Source: a virus
Lineage: Duplodnaviria; Caudoviricetes
Virus record (IMG/VR): IMGVR_UViG_3300047275_000519
Span: 1 to 33,465 of that record
DNA: 33,465 nt
Direction: 5' to 3' (one strand)
The translations under genes and the position numbers were made by a program. The notes under the pieces were generated by a model that worked only from the letters and a program-made list of their open reading frames with translations, did no database searches and was not told the DNA's origin. Shown here piece after piece: positions 18,649-27,400 of the stretch. Position 1 is the stretch's first letter, and each line of letters starts with the position of its first letter.

Positions 18649-18861
18649 TTATTCTCCTTTATTCCCGAACGCAACATCGTTCGGATTAAGCCAGCGAAGG
18701 ACTACCGGGAGAACAGCGGCAAGGCCTGCAGCCACGAGGGCGCGAACGCCGTCACGGTCAAGGTCGAGAACGCTGTCCCCAAGCACGATCAGCTGGGCGA
18801 CTACTGCGGCAAGGAATGAACGTCCCCAGGACGCCACTACTGCCTTAAGTTCCTTGTTCAT
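18649..18861 (-). CDS. Putative holin
   Basis: 70 aa with two hydrophobic helices; SWGRSFLAA...LPVVLRWLNPND.AFG pattern of small phage holins; GAGGAGG RBS. Confidence 0.7.
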   Translation of the reverse strand: MNKELKAVVASWGRSFLAAVVAQLIVLGDSVLDLDRDGVRALVAAGLAAVLPVVLRWLNPNDVAFGNKGE

Positions 18862-19303
18862 TGTCTACCTCCTCTGCGATCAGAGTGTATGATCCGCCAC
18901 CGAGAATCCCAGCCATTGCGACTGCGAGACCTCGATCTGCGTTCTTTTCCTTTCTTCGGTCCAGCATCTCCTGGGCCCGGAGTCCCTCCGACAGAGTCGG
19001 AACTAGATCCCCGTTTTCGACCATCTTGAACACGTATCCGCTTACAAGCTTGGCCAAGTCGTTGTTTGTAGCCTCAATCTTTACTGCCTGCTGCACCTTT
19101 TTGGCTACTTCCCTACGAGCATTCATGTGCTCGTCGGTAAGGTGCTGGCGCTTGTGATTTCCTAGGGTGATGCGACTGATATACGAGTTCTCGGCTTTTA
19201 GCCACGCGCTGATCTTTACGTCGGACATCCCTTCGGTCATCTTGCGGTTGATGACGTCTACCAATGGACTGGCGCATACCGCGCACTTGCTGAGCAACTT
19301 CAT
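18845..19303 (-). CDS. Putative terminase small subunit (CxxC + HTH-like)
   Basis: 152 aa; CAVC...ISRITLGNHKRQH (possible C2H2 Zn site around an HTH), then helical region; upstream of terL. Confidence 0.5.
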   Translation of the reverse strand: MKLLSKCAVCASPLVDVINRKMTEGMSDVKISAWLKAENSYISRITLGNHKRQHLTDEHMNARREVAKKVQQAVKIEATNNDLAKLVSGYVFKMVENGDLVPTLSEGLRAQEMLDRRKEKNADRGLAVAMAGILGGGSYTLIAEEVDNEQGT

Positions 19304-20976
19304 CAGGCAATGGGGATTGCAAACAGTCTTGTGTATTGAGACGTGACTGTTACTCCAGTGGAACTTTGCATACGCACCTGCATCTTCAATGTTACTGCCG
19401 ATGTCCCTGTGGATGTATAAACGTCAAGGCCTGATGCATTTTGTGTAATGCCAGAACCAGCGCTATAAACACGAGTATAGAACAATGTTGATGTACCGTC
19501 AGTGACCTGGGCAAGAATATATTGTGCAGTAGCGCTGTTGCATTGAAGTCCGGCTGTAAGACCGACAAGAAAGTTTTGACCTACGTAGTTCGGCGTAAAG
19601 GTGATTGTAGCATCAGTTACGTCTACGTAAGATGTACCAACGCTAGTGGCAGTCGTTGATGAGCCACTTGCGCTGTACCTGCTGAGTGACATGCCACTGT
19701 CAATGTATCCACTAGCGGTAATGTTAGTAAATGTTGGGCTGCTAGTGGTAGCGATGCTCTGCGGTAGGCTAAACGTTACAGCTCCGGTGCTGGCGCTAAC
19801 GTTGACTTGGTTGGTCGTACCGGTAGCAGAGGTAACGTACGAGTGGCTGTGGCCAGTAGTGGCGTATGCCGCATTGCCTTCAGTGGCTGTTAGATAGCCT
19901 GGATGTGGGTCTCCAGCCGACTCGTGAGTGGTAATCGCCGCAGACGCTGTGCCTACTGGGTCGTATGTCCCGTTATGGTTATGACCAGTGTCAGCCTTCC
20001 CGGCCAGGTCGGATACGAGGCTTGAGACGTCTGACTGCGCGTGGGTGTGTACAGATGCTGCCTTGCCAGCAAGATCGCTGACCAGGTTGGTTACATCAGA
20101 CTCAATGTGGCTATGGCCAGTAGCAGCGATCCCAGCAGTGGACAGGCTTTCCTTCTCCCACATCTGGCTGCTGCTGTTGTACTGGATGATGTCTCCATTA
20201 GACGGAGAACCAACGCTCACGTTGTGGAGCTCGTCTAGCTCGTAGCCGTTCTGCACCTTGACGAAGATCTCGCCGGTGCTGGCGTTAGCCTTAGTGACCA
20301 CGCCAAGATACACGCTATGTGCCGGTTCTGCTGGTGGGGAGCCGTAGACTCGACCGCCGGCAGTGCCGGATAGCCAGACTGCTTGTCCGGCTGTTGCTGC
20401 ACTTGTATCGATGTTGGTAAGGACACCCTCTGTGATCACCCACCCATGCTGGTTGGCGCTCAGGTTCTGCTCTAGCAGACCCAGGGTCTTGCTGGACGTG
20501 GCTTCTGTGTCCGCGTCAGCGTAAGAAACAATCGGGTTCGTGCCGTCTGCGCTTGAGATGTAGACAGCCTCGCCCTTGAGCTTGGCAGTCGTGTCGTTCT
20601 TGACGTACTGCTTGATGATAGTGGTGTAGCCAGCAGTCTCGTGCGTGTGTCCAACTAGTGATAGGCCAGTAGTCGGATGAACGTGGTCAAATCGTGAAGC
20701 TGTTGTGCCAGCGCCAGGGGCTGCAGTTCCAAGAGCAACAGGAGTTCCGTTGCTTAGAGATACCCCGGTTGACCCCTCAAGGACTGTGACGCGGCCCCTA
20801 AGGGTGGCGCCCTCGTCCGTGTCTAGCCACACCAGGGTTGGCTCTACCGGATGGATGTCCTCCTCGAACTCCTCGTAGTATTCGTCAGGGATCTCGAACA
20901 CGGTTTCGGCAGGCCCCTCTAGGAGTAGGCCGTTCCACCTAAGTGAGATCGGTCTTCCGAACTTCAATCGTGCCAT
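19303..20976 (-). CDS. Fibre/decoration protein with HxH repeats
   Basis: 557 aa Ser/Thr/Gly-rich; VKN...KGEAVYIS...SSKTLGL...NGYELDELH module, several HxH motifs, beta-rich C-terminal head. Confidence 0.7.
   Translation of the reverse strand: MARLKFGRPISLRWNGLLLEGPAETVFEIPDEYYEEFEEDIHPVEPTLVWLDTDEGATLRGRVTVLEGSTGVSLSNGTPVALGTAAPGAGTTASRFDHVHPTTGLSLVGHTHETAGYTTIIKQYVKNDTTAKLKGEAVYISSADGTNPIVSYADADTEATSSKTLGLLEQNLSANQHGWVITEGVLTNIDTSAATAGQAVWLSGTAGGRVYGSPPAEPAHSVYLGVVTKANASTGEIFVKVQNGYELDELHNVSVGSPSNGDIIQYNSSSQMWEKESLSTAGIAATGHSHIESDVTNLVSDLAGKAASVHTHAQSDVSSLVSDLAGKADTGHNHNGTYDPVGTASAAITTHESAGDPHPGYLTATEGNAAYATTGHSHSYVTSATGTTNQVNVSASTGAVTFSLPQSIATTSSPTFTNITASGYIDSGMSLSRYSASGSSTTATSVGTSYVDVTDATITFTPNYVGQNFLVGLTAGLQCNSATAQYILAQVTDGTSTLFYTRVYSAGSGITQNASGLDVYTSTGTSAVTLKMQVRMQSSTGVTVTSQYTRLFAIPIA
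19975..20118 (-). repeat. 22-aa tandem repeat within the fibre gene
   Basis: HSHIESDVTNLVSDLAGKAASV / HTHAQSDVSSLVSDLAGKADTG / HNH. Confidence 0.85.
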
Positions 20977-20994
20977 TAAGACTCCTTAATACTC

Positions 20995-21018
20995 TCTATA
21001 TATATCCAATCTTGTCAA
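20995..21018 (-). promoter_or_regulatory. Putative late promoter motif, copy 1
   Basis: TTGACAAGATTGGATATATATAGA just upstream of the AAGGAG RBS of the fibre gene; 22/24 identical to 29787-29810. Confidence 0.65.
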
Positions 21019-21401
21019 GTGTTGGATGCAGGGAGAAGCTTTGCGACCACGTTAGACAGGTGGTCTGCCGCCCTTTCGACCTCGATTTCGTACAGATTCT
21101 GCAGCAAAGCGTATGATTCTGTCCCGATTACTCCGTCAAGTGACTCAATAACCCGTTCTGCCCCTGAATAACTGACGTGAAGCAGCTCGTGAGCTACGAT
21201 CCGGCGCTTTTCTTCGAAGGGAAGCGTCCAGAAATCGCTAGAAACACGCAAAGTAGCAGACCAAAGGTTGTCTGAAACCTCAATATCAGCCCAGTTGTCC
21301 TCTTCTGTGGGGTGTTTAGATACCTTTACCGCCCACTGGGTAAGCCCCATGACGGAAAGTGACTTGTTTACGTAGTTCTGTAGCTCCTCAAGAGTGTCCA
21401 T
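21015..21401 (-). CDS. Zincin-like (HExxH) metallopeptidase, SprT/minigluzincin-like
   Basis: 128 aa; IVAHELLHV plus downstream EVERAAD third-ligand helix; TAATG-coupled to the giant gene. Confidence 0.75.
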   Translation of the reverse strand: MDTLEELQNYVNKSLSVMGLTQWAVKVSKHPTEEDNWADIEVSDNLWSATLRVSSDFWTLPFEEKRRIVAHELLHVSYSGAERVIESLDGVIGTESYALLQNLYEIEVERAADHLSNVVAKLLPASNT

Positions 21402-24400
21402 TAGATCCCTTCTAGCATCTCAGCCTGTCCAAGTGCGGTTGAGGTGTCTACCTTCTGGCCAGCCTGCACTTGCTGTGGCTGCTGAGGCGTGCTTACAGGC
21501 ATCTGAACCTGTGGTTGTGGGGCTGCTTGGCCTACATTTGCAGGCATTGGGGCGCTGTGGTCTCCGGCAATCGCTGAATACAGGGTGTCTGCAGCCATCC
21601 AGCCGGCAGTGCTGCCAGCTAAGCCACCTGCAAACCCGCCAACGGGGCCTCCAATGAGTCCAGCTGCGCCGCCAAGGAAGCCGCCGGCCAGTGAGCCAGC
21701 CATACCCGTAAGCGCACGGAGCATATCACCGCCTTGGGTGTATGTCAACCCTAGGCCAACAGCTGCAGCCGGTGCTCCGCCTACTGCACGGCTAAGAACT
21801 TCGAACCCGGCCTGTACTGGGGCGCCGGCAAGGGCCATCTTCTTCTCCTCCTCGCTCTTGGCAAGGAGATATGCCCCAACAGTTCCGGCAATAGTGCCGC
21901 CAGCGACAGTAGCCTTGCCGCCAATCCTAGGCATCCACTTGCCCCTCACTGCTGGCAATGGCTCAGTACCAAGTGCCTCTGCAGCTAGCGTGGCCTGCTG
22001 CCTATGCTCAAGGATCTGCTCAAGGTGAGCTGCCATTTGCTCTGCCTCAACTGGGTTAATGCCAGTGTTTCCGCGTCGCAGTCTGCTGATGAAGTCCTTG
22101 ACTACTGGGTTACCCCTGAATGCTTCCTCTTCCCACGAGTACTTGTGCCAGTTCGCGTCCTTAAGAGTAAACGGACCGGCCGCATGCTCAAGATCTGCGT
22201 CTAGTTTGCGCAACTTGAAACCGCCTGTCTCTGGATCTACCTCGAATGGGTTGTTGCTACGCCACTCTTGCGGTACTGCTACCTCCCTAGCTGCCTGGTC
22301 TACCCCTGCTCGTCGCAAGACTACCTCAAACATCTGTGCAAACCTTGCCCGAATAGCTGCGTCAAACATCTTATACGCGACAAACCTGCTACCGAACTGT
22401 CCCTTGGCCTCAATAACCGGATCGTCAATAGCCTTAAGCAGGTCATCCCATGTCAGGCCACGCTTTAGGATAACATCAAACTCTTGCTGGGTGATCTCGC
22501 CTTCTGCAAGCATCGTTGCGTATTGGCTCATGATCTCCTTGGCCATTGGAACGTTGCCGGTCATGTCTACGTCGAAAGGCTGTGCCTTATCCTTCTGCTG
22601 CCTTTGAGCAAGAGAGCCCTCAACAAGGCCACCGCCCCTGCGGACGACCTGGAAGATATCGGATACGCCAAGTTCCCTTAGGGTCGTCTCCATTGCGTCC
22701 GCGGTAACAGTGCTGGCACGTCCTGCAACTCCCTCATTGAACACGTAGTCGCTATCAAACGATGCGCCCTTAGCGTTGTACGGTGTAGGTGCTTCTTGCT
22801 GGCTGGCCCAGTACTGACCGTTCTCTCCCTTCTTGGGGGCGGTTGCCACAAGGACTCTTCGAACATTCTGCTTACCGATCTTCTCAGGAGATCCAAGCCA
22901 GAACCCTAGTTTCTTGGTCGCATCAATCTCAGGGTTCCCGTTTACTCGTGCAACATACTGCATAATAGTCACGAGCTGGCTGTAGGCCTCATCGCTAAGA
23001 TTTGCCTTGTTCTCTTCCAAGAAACTTGCAAACTCTTCCACTGGGATAAAGTCTTGGACTACGCTCTTTCTTGTGTAGGCGGTCTGCAGATTTGGGTTAG
23101 GGATCTTTACGGTTGGTCGGAGGTGGACATAGGCGCCATCTTCGCTCTTGTACGAAAGAAGATCGGATGGGATTTGCAGCACTCCGTCATTGTCGAAGAC
23201 GATGTTCATGCCCTGGGCGATAGACTTGCCGTTCGAGTTACCAAGTCGCAGGTACGAGTCCAGCGTCTTGACAATGCTGTCGTAGTCTCCGTCTGCTGCC
23301 ATGTGCTGAGAGAGCATCATCCACGTTTCGTCTCGCAACTCCGCAAGCTGTTCTGGCGTTGCGTTCTTAATGTACCGCTCAATCGCAGACCCCAGTGGCT
23401 GGATCGCGTCTGTGGCAACCGGCTTATCCTTTGGGGCCACAACATCTGGTGTTGGGGTGGTATGCTTCTCTGCGTAGGCAAGGCGGGCAGAAGCCTCAGA
23501 AACAAGGCGCTTCTTTGTCTCGAGAGCCTGTTGTGCGGCATACCTCTCTGGCTGTGTTTTGGCTTTCTTCAGGTCGGCCTGCGCCGACTTTAGAGATTCC
23601 TTGGCCTTAGCTAGAGTCTGCTTTGCAACCTCAATAGCATCAGGGTACTTTGTTACAACTCCCTTTTGAGACTTTCGAATTTCAGCCATAGGATCTACTA
23701 CGGCAGCCTTCTTCGCTGCTACAAGGTTCTTCTTGAGCTGCTCGATGGCAGCACCGCGCTCGTTGACAGGTAGCATCATGATGCGCTCGACCTCTGCAAC
23801 TGTGACCTTGGACTTCTCGAACTCCTCCGCAGGGGCCGGCTGATCGGCCTCCATTTGGAATGTTTCTTCGCTCATCTGAGCGTCTTCTTCCAGCTGCTGG
23901 TAGATCTTCTCAATGCTTACCGCCATCTCAGGGTCCGCAGACCGTTCAAGTAGCAGTGAGCGAGCGATGGCCTTGGCAAGGCTACGGGCAGTCTCGTGCG
24001 TGCTAGTGTCGCCCTTTGCCTTGATCGCGTCATGCTTCGCCTGAGCCTCTCGAAGGTTGGCGTATGCTTCGTTCATAAGCGCAACTCGGCCTTCCTCGGT
24101 AAGAGCTTCAGGGCGGTCTGGGTATTGAGTTGGAAGTTCCATATCCATAAGCCTGCGGAGTGTTTCCTGCGCATTGCGTACGTTGCGAGCTGCCTTTTTC
24201 TCTTCTGTGTCAAATGAGAATAGGCCCTCACGCGTGCTAGCTTCGCGCATGTTCGAGTCGTAAACCTTCTTGAAGATAGAGACAATTGGCTCCGCTGCAA
24301 GCGGATCGTCGTTAAGTTCGCGCAAGATATCGTTTACAGCGATAGAGGCAAACGCCGGGCTGGCTACTCGCTGCGCATGGCTGAACAGAATATCTCGATA

Positions 24401-27400
24401 CTGTCCTGGCTTCGTAGCTGCTGCAAGCCTCTTTGTTCGAGCAAGAGCAAGCTCCCTGAATAGAGGCGACGCATTTCCCGCGTCTGCCTGTCGCATGCGT
24501 GCAGCATCTGTAGCTCGAGCGCGAAGCAACCAGACGTAGTCAGCAAGGAACTCAGCCCTCTCAGCCATGACTGCCTCTGGGAGAGGTGTGTCACCCGTGG
24601 TCTCACGAAGAATGTCCATGGACGGAACTGGCTCGTTGGCTGGAAGCACTGGGCTTACCGGCTCTGCCATTGGCTCATAACCAGCGGCACGAACTCGAGC
24701 TGTCTCGCGCTTAGCCTTGCTTGTTGCAGCCGCCTGAGCGAGCGTGCTGTCTACAATGTCTGCCCGGATTGGCTGGCCGAAATGATTTTGTGCAACGCCC
24801 TCAAGCACGAGGGCCTCATAGTCTAGCTCTCTATCGCTAAGCAGCCTAGATGGAAGACCCTGTTCTTGCTTGGCCGTAACTGCTGCGCCTGTCTCTCCGG
24901 CGTACGCAACTTGCTGAGGGATAGCCGAAGGGGCGTAGTCACTTTTCTCTACTAGTTTTGGCCTAAATATTTTTTTAATGAACGGCTCGCCTGTTTCAGG
25001 ATTGATTACTCGATATTCATCTTCAAGATCGACTCGGACTCCACGCTTGTACGGGTATGTGTTTATCAGATCTCCGACCACATCTCTCAAATCGATCTGC
25101 CCTCGTCGCAACATGTCGTACTCTTCATCTGAAAGTACTCGCTCAATTAGGTCAACTCCGTCTACTGTGAGGCCAGGTGCCACCTCACTCGAGATAGCAA
25201 ACCTAATGCCGTCTTCGTATAGGTAGTTGTATGAGAAATCGTCGAACACGTGCGTGGTTGGAAGACCGTTCTCCATGGTAACGTCCCCGTATTCATCAAA
25301 TGTATACGTTGTGCCAGTTCTCTTGTCGTAGTGCTCATCTAGAGAAACCTTTGGTGTCTCTTCGTAACCGTCTAGATCTGCAGCAGTAAGCTCTCGCTCT
25401 CCGCCGCCGTCAGCATCTTCGTAAACAATGGTGCCAATGTCTGCTGGAGTTAGCCCTTCAATGACGTTACCATCGTCATCAAACAGTAGCTCCGTCAGGC
25501 TGAAATACTCGTCAGGTTCCGGTGTGACGTACTCCGGAATTGCAGGTACATATGTTCCCTGGAATGCACGTCCATCTGCCCTGACAAGTGGAGTTGTGTG
25601 GCGGAATGTCTGATGAACAATTGGATCTACGTCAAGCTTGAAGTACCTATCTTGGACTGGCCCTTCTTCGCTCCGATTAACTGTGCGGGGCCACTTTACC
25701 TCATCACCAAGATTAAACGGCTCAGTCAGCACATCTTCCGCAAGGCGTGGATCCGTTTTGATTTTTTCTACTACTGGGTCTCCTTCAAAGAAGGCAATAA
25801 TAACGTTGTCCTTATCTCCTAGGTAAATCTTCCTTCCCTCAATCTCAAAGAACTGTCCGTTTGCATCTACCTGACGAGGAATCCTTTCCTCTCCGATAAG
25901 AAGATCTTTGCCGAAACCACTGTTTTCATCTGTAACCAGAGACATCACCACAATGCGCTTGTTAATCCTACCGCGCAAACCATCTCGTGTTTTAATGACG
26001 CTACCGGAATCACGAGTATAAGGCATGATGTGATCCATGATAGCTTCATAGTCGGTAGTGCCGTAGCGAAGCCCGCCGACTTCCTTGCCAATCAGCGCCT
26101 TGATGGCCTTGTTTAGCTTGGCTTCGTTTGCGAACGACCTATCTGCCGCGTTAATAGACGCGCTTGGGTCTGCTGATACGTGGAACGCAATAGATGCCCG
26201 AGACCTATTTGTTCCAGAATTAAAGATACTTTCGTATCCATCAGTGCTAAACCTATTCTGGAATCCCTCAAACTCGTCGCTAACAAGTCCGCGCTCGTCA
26301 AGGTCCATCCATCCTTGCGGCACAAGCCCATCCATGTCCATGACGTAGCGTCGGTACCCTGGGTTAGTGTCGACAGTCCCGCCGTATAGCGATGTCTCCT
26401 GGTGCACGTCGTATTCGAATCCAGGGCTGCCCTTGATCTTCCAGTACTCTTCAATGAACTCGGGGTCTGTCAGCCGCTTGATCTCAAGATAGCGGGCAAT
26501 TGGGTCATTGGCAAGATACTCTGTCGCAGCCATGATCTCGCTGCTGGCCTTTACAAACGTGCCAGGGATTTCTGCGTCAAACAAACTCCTTCGATATGGG
26601 CTGTACGTCCTAGCTCCCGCTCGAACTCCGGCCGTTGCTCGCGTTCTCTGCATCTCTGCTGTGGCAGGCGCCATATCCTTGGTTCGGTCTACACCGACGA
26701 TTTCGCTCTGCATGTCGGACTCAAGGCCTCGAAGAAGCATTGTAATAGTATGAACCGGCAAGGCAATATCAGGATGGTCGGCATACTTCCGGAGCTTTGC
26801 CCATCGCTTGGATAGCGACTCGACTCTTCGGTCTAACTCAAGATCTGTTTCGTCGTGCAGTTTTTGAATCTTTGAGTCAGGGTCCTTGTTCAACGCAAAG
26901 CGTGGGCGGTACTTGTAGTCGCCTGCAAACGTCTCTTCAGGAACGCCGAGAGCCTTAAGCGCTTGCAGCACAACCTTATCGGCAAGATTGGCTTCAGGTC
27001 CAACGCCCTTCCAGAACGCCTTGAACAGTCCGTCGTGCCGTAGCATAGACAGGCCGGCTTCTACATTTGCGTCCGGCGTTAGACCAAACGTTGTCTCAAT
27101 CTTGCCGTTCTTAACACGCGAAGATTCCCAGAACGGGTTAGGGATTCTGGGCTTGCTGCCGTCCTCTGGGAATATCGCATCATATTCCTGATTAGACATA
27201 CCTACGTCAAAGGTTTCGCCAAGTCCCTGGATTTGAGCTGCGCTAGCAAGGATGTGCTCTGGCAGGATGGCCCTCTTAGCAATCTCAAGAAGCTTACCCT
27301 GGCGGATAGCAGTGATGGTCCTTCGTGCCCTGGCTTGTCCGCCATACTCGCCGGACGTGCCTTGGATCTGGCTCTGCAGTTTGTCCATCTGGGACATCGA

